Source: Candidatus Firestoneibacteriota bacterium
GTDB taxonomy: Bacteria; Oederibacteriota; D2-FULL-39-29; JBBTED01
Direction: 5' to 3'
Assembly: GCA_038042445.1 (NCBI GenBank)
Contig: JBBTED010000044.1
Location: 1-15,347 of the forward strand
Length of the DNA: 15,347 nucleotides
Positions 1-7,290 of this stretch are shown here, one piece after another. Position 1 is the first letter of the stretch. Every line of letters starts with the position of its first letter. Under the pieces are notes generated by a model. That model saw only the letters and a program-made list of their open reading frames with translations, searched no databases and was not told the origin of the DNA. Made by a program: the position numbers and the translations under genes.

Positions 1-64
1 ATCTTGGACTCAAACCTTGTTTGACATTAGCTGCATGAATTTTAACAAACTCCTGCTATCATTC

Positions 65-200
65 AAACTGTGTCACAACGGTTATATTTTAAGTTGTCAT
101 TCCCGAATGCTCTTATCGGGAATCCAGAGGCTTTAATTTTAATGGATTTTAAAGTCACTGGATTCCCGCTTTCGCGGGAATGACAGTTATGAAACAATCG
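65..200. mobile_element. REP/MITE-like palindromic element (dRS3-like ATTCCC..GGGAAT units in inverted arrangement, degenerate outer inverted repeats)
   Basis: TGTCATTCCCG (95-105) / CGGGAATGACA (175-185) and CGGGAATCCAG (117-127) / CTGGATTCCCG (158-168) are perfect inverted pairs. 162-181 is ATTCCC-N8-GGGAAT. Outer AAACTGTGTCACAAC (65-79) vs GTTATGAAACAATCG (186-200) match 10/15 as inverted repeats. Confidence 0.7.
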
Positions 201-512
201 CTATGTATCTTTTGTTTTACTCTCCGTTTTCACAAGGGCAGGCTTTGATTTTGTTTCATCTGTTTTTTTGGGAGAATCCTGCTTCTTAGGTACCTCACCT
301 TTTTCTTCTTTAGAACGCTTTTTATAGTTTTCACTTCTATATTCTGTAGCATAAAAACCTGAACCCTTAAATATAAAACCTGCACCAAGACTCATTATTC
401 GTTTGGCTTTCCCTTTGCATTTTGGACAGGATTTAACTGAAGACGCTTTTATACTCTGAAGTAACTCAAAATGATGTCCACATTTTGGACATTCATATTC
501 ATAAGTAGGCAT
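201..512 (-). CDS. FmdB-family zinc-ribbon regulatory protein
   Basis: MPTYEYECPKCGHHFE...CPKC...FKGSGFYATEY is the typical FmdB CxxC-CxxC signature followed by a Lys-rich disordered tail. GAAGGAG ribosome-binding site at 530-524. Confidence 0.9.
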   Translation of the reverse strand: MPTYEYECPKCGHHFELLQSIKASSVKSCPKCKGKAKRIMSLGAGFIFKGSGFYATEYRSENYKKRSKEEKGEVPKKQDSPKKTDETKSKPALVKTESKTKDT

Positions 513-532
513 AACAACTAATTCTCCTTCTC

Positions 533-562
533 AAATTTAAAACTAAGGAAAGTTTTAAATTT
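533..562. repeat. AT-rich 12-bp inverted repeat, overlapping/adjacent to a degenerate 7-nt repeat tract (about 554-585)
   Basis: AAATTTAAAACT (533-544) / AGTTTTAAATTT (551-562) with a 6-nt loop; then TTTAAAT TTCAAAT TATAGTT TTTAGCT. Function unknown. Confidence 0.55.
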
Positions 563-593
563 CAAATTATAGTTTTTAGCTTTTCTAAACATA

Positions 594-3038
594 CTATGTT
601 TTTTTTAGTAATCCTTCTAATATTTCTTTTGTCACTGATTTTGCAACATAGTGATTTCCGGTTTTTTCTATAAATGATTTGGTTTTTTCATCTACTTTAT
701 CGCTCATAAAAAAGATTATACATTTTGCAAGCACTATGTCTGTTTCATAAAGTGATTCGTAAAACTTATCTACACTCATATCAGAAAATTTAGTATCTGC
801 AATTATTAAATCATATTGCCCAAAAGTCAACTTCTGAAGCGCAGCCTGTGCATCTCTTGCTACATGAATTGTATAACCAAGTTTATACATTATATCTCTG
901 AATATATTCAACATACCACCTTCACTATCCACAATAAGAACATTCTTATCCACTGGCAACTCATCAACAAGAGGTAAATTCATTTTAGGTTTTGGAATCT
1001 CAGTCTGCACTTTTGGCTTTTGAACTTCAGGTTTTAACTCCTCCTTAGGTACTACTGATTCTTTTACAACAGTTGATTCCTTAGTAATTACTGGTTCCTT
1101 CACTACAATTGATTCTTTTGTAGCTACTGATTCCTTTAAAGATGTAGTTTCCTTTGAAACTTCTTTAACCTTATCTGCTTCTTTTTGCACATTCCGTAAT
1201 TTTATTATTTCCTCTTCTTTTCCTTGTAATTTTTTCTGTAAGTCTTCAAATTTCATTTTTGATTCATTAAGTTGCTTCTGTAATTCCTGCAATTGTTGTT
1301 CAAGTTCTTTATTCCTATTCTGAAACTCAAGCCTCACTTTTTCTGAATTAGATATAGTTTCCTTTGAAGCTTCTTTAACCTTATCTACTTCTTTTTGCAC
1401 ATTCTGCAATTTTGTTGTTTCCTCTTCTTTTCCCTGTAATTTTTTCTGTAAGTCTTCAAATTTCACTTTTGATTCATTAAGCTGTTTTTGCAATTCCTGC
1501 AATTGTTGTTCAAGCTCTTTATTCCTACTCTGGAACTCAAGCCTCATTTTCTCCAGATTAGATAAAGATTTTTCACTTTCAGATCTTGTCCATTTTAAAT
1601 TTTCAACTGTTTCCTGAGATTTGGATATATGTGCTTGCAATGTATTAACCATATCCTGTGATTTCGACACTTCAGTCTTAAGCTGCTGATTTTCTGTTGT
1701 AAGAGCATCCATTTGATCTTTTATTTTTCCACCTTCTTCTACTCCATCTGTTTTATACCGTTTTATATCTTGTACAAGTAAATCTAAATTATTTGCTAAT
1801 TGTCCTATTTCATCAGTTCGTGTGGATTTAATTCTATAATCCAAATCCCCATCTGCTATAACTTTAGAAGCAATCGCCAAATCAGTAATCGGCGCAATAA
1901 ATTTTTTTCCTAAAACTATTCCTGTTACCATAAAAAGTATGATTAAAAATATTGCTATATACCACATTCGCTGTTTTAAAATACTATTATCCGCTTTAGT
2001 AATATCCATTCCAGATGCAATCAATACATCATTTTTTGAATTAACTAAACCAAGATTCCAACCTGGAGGAATCAAAGAAGTAGAAGCAATTAATTTAGGT
2101 GTCCCACCTACATTAATTTCACTAATTGTGCTTTCTCCAAATTTTGATTGCAAAACTATTTTTCGCAAAGCATCATTATTTACCTCACCCTTTGCTTCTT
2201 TTGAAGAAATAAGCACTTTCCCGGTTTTATCAGTTGTAAAAATATAAGTTCCTTTGTACTTAAATTCTTTAGTTACTACATCTTTAAATAATTCACTTAA
2301 AATTATATCCGCGCCTATTACACCCTTTTGTCTTCCATTCACATATACTGGCACATAACAGGACATAATAAGTCCATATTTTTCATCATTATACGAATCT
2401 GTCCACATTTCTTTCTGCCCTGGATTATGTTTTATATCAGATAACACATAAGGAGTACTTCCGCTTGTAACATCAAATTTAGGATGTATAAGCCCTTTTT
2501 TTACAGACTCAGCGAAATCAACCCAAGGATAAATTCTTTGCATAGATTGAGCTGTAACCAAATAAACCCTTATAACTGCTGGATTATTCTTAACTGCACG
2601 TTTAAAAAACATGTCCAGATTCTCTGTAAGTAGTGCTTCTTTTTGCATCTGAGCTGTTACTGGAGTAATATTACTTATTATTAACGACGAATTATCTGTT
2701 TTATTTGGTGTGTAATAAAAACCGAAAACTGAATGTTTTAGATATGTTTGAGATTTTGGCAATTTGCCTATTACAGACTGATAGGTATATAAATGTGTAG
2801 TGTAATCTTTTATTACTCTAACTTCATTTTCTATTTTCTTAAGCTGATATGTAATATGTCTGGCATATTTAAGTGCTAACTCAGACATTACCTCTTGTTC
2901 TTTATCCAATACAATATTATTAACATTGTCATTTGTACCTAATTTTACTATTGATGTAATATAATAGGTAAAAAAAGCAATAGGAAGAATACTAACTAAA
3001 ACAATGGTAATTATTACCTTTTTCGTTAAATTGCCCAT
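594..3038 (-). CDS. Membrane sensor-like protein: TM - dCache - TM - HAMP - long coiled coil - low-complexity linker - atypical receiver (REC) domain
   Basis: N-terminal TM. Cache-type WTDSYND...SCYVPVY...KGVIGADI. Second TM, then HAMP (PITDL...IADGDLDYRI...DEIGQLA). Heptad-rich stretch. C-terminal NVLIVDSE...YDLIIAD...VAKS receiver fold. No HisKA/HATPase, GGDEF or MCP motifs seen. Confidence 0.8.
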   Translation of the reverse strand: MGNLTKKVIITIVLVSILPIAFFTYYITSIVKLGTNDNVNNIVLDKEQEVMSELALKYARHITYQLKKIENEVRVIKDYTTHLYTYQSVIGKLPKSQTYLKHSVFGFYYTPNKTDNSSLIISNITPVTAQMQKEALLTENLDMFFKRAVKNNPAVIRVYLVTAQSMQRIYPWVDFAESVKKGLIHPKFDVTSGSTPYVLSDIKHNPGQKEMWTDSYNDEKYGLIMSCYVPVYVNGRQKGVIGADIILSELFKDVVTKEFKYKGTYIFTTDKTGKVLISSKEAKGEVNNDALRKIVLQSKFGESTISEINVGGTPKLIASTSLIPPGWNLGLVNSKNDVLIASGMDITKADNSILKQRMWYIAIFLIILFMVTGIVLGKKFIAPITDLAIASKVIADGDLDYRIKSTRTDEIGQLANNLDLLVQDIKRYKTDGVEEGGKIKDQMDALTTENQQLKTEVSKSQDMVNTLQAHISKSQETVENLKWTRSESEKSLSNLEKMRLEFQSRNKELEQQLQELQKQLNESKVKFEDLQKKLQGKEEETTKLQNVQKEVDKVKEASKETISNSEKVRLEFQNRNKELEQQLQELQKQLNESKMKFEDLQKKLQGKEEEIIKLRNVQKEADKVKEVSKETTSLKESVATKESIVVKEPVITKESTVVKESVVPKEELKPEVQKPKVQTEIPKPKMNLPLVDELPVDKNVLIVDSEGGMLNIFRDIMYKLGYTIHVARDAQAALQKLTFGQYDLIIADTKFSDMSVDKFYESLYETDIVLAKCIIFFMSDKVDEKTKSFIEKTGNHYVAKSVTKEILEGLLKKT
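1029..1154 (-). repeat. 18-nt coding tandem repeat (KExxxx x7)
   Basis: KETTSL KESVAT KESIVV KEPVIT KESTVV KESVVP KEELKP. Confidence 0.8.
1141..1560 (-). repeat. 210-nt in-frame tandem duplication (70 aa = 10 heptads)
   Basis: 1141-1350 vs 1351-1560 align without gaps, with 21 mismatches by manual count (about 90% identity). Confidence 0.95.
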
Positions 3039-3048
3039 CTCTAATTAG

Positions 3049-3079
3049 ATTTTATATCAAAGGAATTACACAAAGTCAA
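3049..3079 (-). promoter_or_regulatory. Putative sigma70-type promoter for the Cache/REC gene
   Basis: TTGACT (3079-3074), 17 nt, TATAAA (3056-3051) with an extended -10 TG. Confidence 0.5.
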
Positions 3080-3090
3080 TAGCAAAATCC

Positions 3091-4014
3091 CTAAGATTTA
3101 CGACCCACGACATATTTCTGAAATTTTTCAAATTTATCAAATGGTTTATTATCTGTAGATATACGGCCAAAGTTTTTCACTACTGATTTTTCTTCTGGAG
3201 TAGGCTCAACCAAATAAACACTTGGAGTAAATTTATCCAATATATAACCTTTTTTTTCAAGAGCTTTTAAATTTTTACAAATTCGTTCTCTGGAAATTGG
3301 GTCCTTTGAAGCCATCCTGTATGTCCATCCCATTCCAAAACAAGGCATATCCACTCTTGCTGTAAAAATATGGGAATAAACACTGCTTAATGTCTTATAT
3401 ATTGTGGCAAAAGACTCGGGAAAAAGAAAATAATTGTCTGTGTGAATACTTATTATTCCACCTTTATTTAACCTACAATTAAGTAATTGGTAAAATTCAT
3501 GCGTATACAACATCTTTGATGGACCATGTGGCTCTGTTAAATCAATAACAAGGACATCAAATTTTTCTACATTGTCTTCCAAATATTTACGGGCATCCTG
3601 ATAAATTATATCTATCCTTTTGTCTTTTATAATACTTTTGATTTCAGGATAATGTTGGACACAAAAATCTACAACTCCTTTATCAATTTCTACCATTAAA
3701 ATTCTCTTTAAAGATGAATGCTTTACTGCCTCTTCCAAAGCAAAACAATCTCCCCCACCAACAATACAAATACTTTTAGGATTTTTGTGTGCAAGCAAAG
3801 GTGCATCCACTAAATACTGATGATACCTATTTTCATCTTTTTGTGAAATTTGAATTTTATTGTCTAAAAAAAGCAATGTGCCAAAAGTTTTATTTTTGAA
3901 AATTTCCATACTTTGAAAAGGAGTCTTACCCTTATACAGTACTTTGCCTGAATAGGTATGACCAAAATCATCAGTAGTCCATTCTGTCTTTACTTTTTCA
4001 TTATTTTTTGCCAT
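3091..4014 (-). CDS. speE: Polyamine aminopropyltransferase (spermidine synthase family)
   Basis: KTPFQ..EIF...FG..LFLD, DE..YH, HKNPK.I.IVGGGD, VEID, DARKYL, FDVLVIDLTEP.GPS..LYT.EFY motifs. Confidence 0.92.
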   Translation of the reverse strand: MAKNNEKVKTEWTTDDFGHTYSGKVLYKGKTPFQSMEIFKNKTFGTLLFLDNKIQISQKDENRYHQYLVDAPLLAHKNPKSICIVGGGDCFALEEAVKHSSLKRILMVEIDKGVVDFCVQHYPEIKSIIKDKRIDIIYQDARKYLEDNVEKFDVLVIDLTEPHGPSKMLYTHEFYQLLNCRLNKGGIISIHTDNYFLFPESFATIYKTLSSVYSHIFTARVDMPCFGMGWTYRMASKDPISRERICKNLKALEKKGYILDKFTPSVYLVEPTPEEKSVVKNFGRISTDNKPFDKFEKFQKYVVGRKS

Positions 4015-4019
4015 AAATT

Positions 4020-4048
4020 CCCCCTTTATCCCCCTTTACTAAAGGGGG
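4020..4048. repeat. CCCCCTTT/AAAGGGGG palindrome plus direct repeat overlapping the speE ribosome-binding site
   Basis: CCCCCTTTA at 4020-4028 and 4030-4038; AAAGGGGG at 4041-4048. On the minus strand, AAGGGGG lies 5 nt before the speE ATG. Confidence 0.75.
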
Positions 4049-4060
4049 CATAGATAGTTT

Positions 4061-5062
4061 TTATCTTCTCCATTTTTGAACTGCTTTTTTATGTTCTGCG
4101 TACTTTTCTGAAAAATAATGTGTTCCATCTCTTTTGGAAACAAAATAAATATAATGGACATTTGCCGGATCCAATGCAGCATCAATTGAATCTTTACCGG
4201 GATTACATATAGGTCCTGGTGGTAAACCAGAATAATAATATGTATTAAAAGGAGATTTTATTAAAACATCTCTGCTATGTAATATTGTTTTATGTTTACC
4301 TACAAGACTAAAAGCGTAGATAACTGTAGCGCAGGATTCAAGATTCTTGTTTTTATTTAATCGATTATGAAAAACAGCAGAAATTATCTTTCTTTCTTCA
4401 TCCATTTTTGCTTCTTTTTCAATTATTGAAGCTATTGTTATAATCTGATGCAATGAAAACCCTTTTTTATTTGCCTTTAATCTATAATAATCCTTGTTTA
4501 CAACTTTTCCAAATCTAATTGCCATTATAGAAATAATTTCTTCTTCAGTAAAACCAGAAGGTATAGAATATGTATCCGGAAAAAGATACCCCTCAAGACT
4601 ATTAACAGGAATTTCATAATATTTACATATTCTTTCATCTTTTGACAATTGAATAAATCTATCCTCATTAACCAACCCCTGATTTGCAAGTAATCGCGCA
4701 ATCTGCCTTATTGTAGCACCCTCAAAAATTACAAATGTATGCAATTTTTCTTTTCCACTTGAAAGTTTTCTTAAAATACTAAACATATTTATATTTTTAT
4801 CAAATTTATATTTTCCTGCATAAATTTTTCTGCTTTTTCCTGTAATTCCGGCTAATATCTGAAAATATTTTGAATTTTTTATTAAAGATTCTTTTTTTAA
4901 AAGCATTGCAACATCAAACGCACTCATTTTTGAAGGTATATCTATAATTTTAGAATTTTCAATTTTCACCGGAATAAAAACAGTCCAGATAAAATTTATC
5001 AAAAATACAAAAAGTATTAAAAAAAATATCGCGCCTATTATTAGATGTAATTTTTTAGTCAT
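4061..5062 (-). CDS. mltG: Endolytic murein transglycosylase MltG (YceG)
   Basis: N-terminal TM; SLEGYLFPDTY; ASIIEKEA (catalytic Glu); SPFNTY...GLPPGPICNPG; YFVSK.DGTHYFS. Confidence 0.95.
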   Translation of the reverse strand: MTKKLHLIIGAIFFLILFVFLINFIWTVFIPVKIENSKIIDIPSKMSAFDVAMLLKKESLIKNSKYFQILAGITGKSRKIYAGKYKFDKNINMFSILRKLSSGKEKLHTFVIFEGATIRQIARLLANQGLVNEDRFIQLSKDERICKYYEIPVNSLEGYLFPDTYSIPSGFTEEEIISIMAIRFGKVVNKDYYRLKANKKGFSLHQIITIASIIEKEAKMDEERKIISAVFHNRLNKNKNLESCATVIYAFSLVGKHKTILHSRDVLIKSPFNTYYYSGLPPGPICNPGKDSIDAALDPANVHYIYFVSKRDGTHYFSEKYAEHKKAVQKWRR

Positions 5063-5478
5063 TTTTGATATTTGATTTTATCTAAATATGTTTGCAAAAT
5101 CAAAATTGCTGCTAATTTATCAATATGATTTTTGCGAGTTTTCCTGCTAACATCAGCATTAATAAGAATACGTTCAGCCTCAACTGTAGATAAACGTTCA
5201 TCAATAACATCAACAGATATTTTAATTTCTTTTTTTAACTGTGATATAATATTTTGCACTGTATCGGAATATTTTGAATTTGAGCCATTCATATTTTTAG
5301 GAAACCCAACTATAATTTTTTCGATTTTATGTTCATCAACAATTAACTTTATTTTCTCATACAGCTCTTTGTATCCATTATAGGTTATGGTGCCAAATGG
5401 ATGAGCCATAATTCCTAACTCATCAGCAATTGCAACTCCAACTCTTTTAGTTCCTATATCCAACCCAATTAAACGCAT
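5059..5478 (-). CDS. ruvX: RuvX/YqgF RNase H-like nuclease (pre-16S rRNA nuclease)
   Basis: GLDIGTKRVGVAIAD, IIVGFPKNMNG, DERLST.EA, IDKLAAILILQTYLD. ATGA overlap with mltG, a common gene pairing. Confidence 0.95.
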   Translation of the reverse strand: MRLIGLDIGTKRVGVAIADELGIMAHPFGTITYNGYKELYEKIKLIVDEHKIEKIIVGFPKNMNGSNSKYSDTVQNIISQLKKEIKISVDVIDERLSTVEAERILINADVSRKTRKNHIDKLAAILILQTYLDKIKYQK

Positions 5479-5605
5479 AATTTTTTAACTATGGTTTTTG
5501 ACCAACGGAAATGGTGTAACCATATTTTTCCACCAAACAATAAAAATGTATTGTAATACAAATTGTAAAAAATGTTAAGAACAAAATTTAGATTTACTTC
5601 GTGTT

Positions 5606-6280
5606 TTAAGGACGGATTGTTAGAGTAACAGTAACTGCATTGCCATAATTCAGATAGCTTCCTTGGCGTATACTGCTACGTTGTTGTTCATAAGTATGTT
5701 CGTAGTAATCAGGTGGCAATCCACTACCATACAAGTTATAAAAATATGTATAATCCACATCATATTGTGTAACTTTACGAGTTACAGATATACCTAATGA
5801 AATAGATGGATCTATAGTAAATGTATTAGATAAAGTTATAGCTTTATAATTATAACGTGCAGTTGTATACCAATAATCATAATCCAAAGGTTGATAATAA
5901 TAAAAGTAAATTGTAGATTGCAATCTTGTAGACCATGTGGTGTTAAAATATGTGTAATATTGATATGAATATGTAGGTGTTGACACATAAGCTATTCTGG
6001 GGTCATAAGTTATGTCATTCCAATATTGAGAAGGACTTCTGTCTAAACTCAAAGATTGAAACCAAGTTATATTATATTTTTTTTGAACTTCTCCTACCTG
6101 TTCTCTCATCCAGTCTGCACCTAAATATACCTGTTTCGGAATAAAGATAAAAACATCACCAATACTTTCAAAAATATCTCCTCCAGCCCACACAACTGAA
6201 AAAGCAGAGAATATAATAAAAAAAGTTAGCATTAAAATGTTTGTCATACTGCTATTACTCCTTTTTAAAGTATTCATCAT
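5606..6280 (-). CDS. Hypothetical exported Tyr/Thr-rich protein, possibly beta-rich/outer-membrane
   Basis: Signal-peptide-like ILMLTFFIIFSAFSVVWA, aromatic-rich beta-like segments, C-terminal VTVTLTIRP. TAATG coupling to the upstream PorV-like gene. Confidence 0.7.
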   Translation of the reverse strand: MMNTLKRSNSSMTNILMLTFFIIFSAFSVVWAGGDIFESIGDVFIFIPKQVYLGADWMREQVGEVQKKYNITWFQSLSLDRSPSQYWNDITYDPRIAYVSTPTYSYQYYTYFNTTWSTRLQSTIYFYYYQPLDYDYWYTTARYNYKAITLSNTFTIDPSISLGISVTRKVTQYDVDYTYFYNLYGSGLPPDYYEHTYEQQRSSIRQGSYLNYGNAVTVTLTIRP

Positions 6281-7230
6281 TAAAATTTTATTATCATTGA
6301 AAATCTATGAGTATTATCAATAATCATTGGAACATAAGCATAATCAATAAATGTTAAATTTCCAAGTATTTTAACTTTAAATCCCATACCCATTGTCCAA
6401 TCACCAAGGTCATAACCTAATCTTAAGCCACCTCTTAATGCCATCCAGGAAATAGCCCAAAATTCAGTACCGAAATTTAATCTCGGTATATCTATATCAT
6501 AAGCTTTGTTTAAGTCAAGAGCAACAAACATATCTGCTTCAGGAATTTTAATACCGCATCCTAATTTAATATTTGCTGGAAGCGCATCTGATTGGCTATA
6601 CATTTTCAAAGGCAAACCTAAATGTTGACCAACTAATCCAAGTGAAGCATTTCCTATTTTGTAAAGCAATCCTAAATCTAATGCTCCACTTCCTGCACTA
6701 TATGTATATGTACTTACATATATACCTTTTAGATTTGTTCCAAAATACAAATCCGTCCTTAGTTTAAATGCAAGTGAAAAAGCATAAGCATTTTGGCTTG
6801 ATATTACTCTGCCATACATTATGTCATTACCATCAGCATCAGTTTTCCATATATCTGTATGCAATGAAAAAATACTAAACCCTATTACAGCTCCTGATAT
6901 CGGCTGGGCATAAGAAATATGTTCATAAGGAATTAAAGCCATATAGTCAATATGTGTTGCCTGCAATTCTTCTTTTTTAAAAAGAGCCATACCCGCAGGA
7001 TTATAAGCAATTGCATTACTATCATCCGCTATTGCCGCAAATGCACCACCCATAGCAGTTGGCCTTGCTCCTACATCTAACAATAAAAAATCCGCACCAG
7101 CAGTTCCAACACTACTTATCCCGGCAAAACTTGTCCCTGCAGGTAGTAAGCAGAGAATAGAACAAATAAATACTAAATTCAAAATACTAAATCCTAAACA
7201 AATCCAAAATCCTAATTTTGCATTATACAT
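6280..7230 (-). CDS. PorV/PorQ (UPF0164, FadL-like) beta-barrel protein
   Basis: ADFLLLDVGARPTAMGGAFAAIADDSNAIAYNPAGMA N-terminal motif; DYAYVP...NTHRFSMIIKF with terminal Phe. Confidence 0.85.
   Translation of the reverse strand: MYNAKLGFWICLGFSILNLVFICSILCLLPAGTSFAGISSVGTAGADFLLLDVGARPTAMGGAFAAIADDSNAIAYNPAGMALFKKEELQATHIDYMALIPYEHISYAQPISGAVIGFSIFSLHTDIWKTDADGNDIMYGRVISSQNAYAFSLAFKLRTDLYFGTNLKGIYVSTYTYSAGSGALDLGLLYKIGNASLGLVGQHLGLPLKMYSQSDALPANIKLGCGIKIPEADMFVALDLNKAYDIDIPRLNFGTEFWAISWMALRGGLRLGYDLGDWTMGMGFKVKILGNLTFIDYAYVPMIIDNTHRFSMIIKF
7168..7215. repeat. Degenerate 7-nt tandem repeat encoding signal-peptide residues
   Basis: AAATACT AAATTCA AAATACT AAATCCT AAAC AAATCCA AAATCCT; the minus strand reads LGFWICLGFSILNLVF. 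Confidence 0.75.
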
Positions 7231-7240
7231 ATTTAATTTT

Positions 7241-7290
7241 GAGATCCTTCCCCTTCGCTATGCTCAGGGTCAGGATGACACTTCGTGTCA
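7241..7290 (-). repeat. REP-like palindromic element, copy 1 (AGATCCT..AGGATGAC + TGACAC-GAA-GTGTCA mini-hairpin)
   Basis: Similar to 11481-11517 and 11551-11588. Includes the TGA stop of the 502-aa gene (7290-7288). Has a longer internal CCCTTCGCTATGCTCAGGG stem. Confidence 0.8.

Noticed and set aside
3..38. Plus-strand frame ending LGLKPCLTLAA-stop (ssrA-tag-like or a gene end)
   Set aside because: Too short to assess at the window edge, and no tmRNA 3' structure is recognisable downstream.
1141..1560. Duplicated segment as a diversity-generating retroelement TR/VR pair
   Set aside because: Mismatches are not adenine-specific in either copy, both copies are in-frame coiled coil, and there is no reverse transcriptase in the window.
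5479..5605. Possible structured RNA or small ORF upstream of ruvX (ATGGT/ACCAT pairing; ACACGAAGT remnant after the stop)
   Set aside because: Stems are short and imperfect, there is no known riboswitch motif, and ORFs are tiny without an RBS.
7276..7290. GAA-loop mini-hairpins as intrinsic terminators
   Set aside because: No following U-tract on the coding strand, and they overlap stop codons within an apparent operon.
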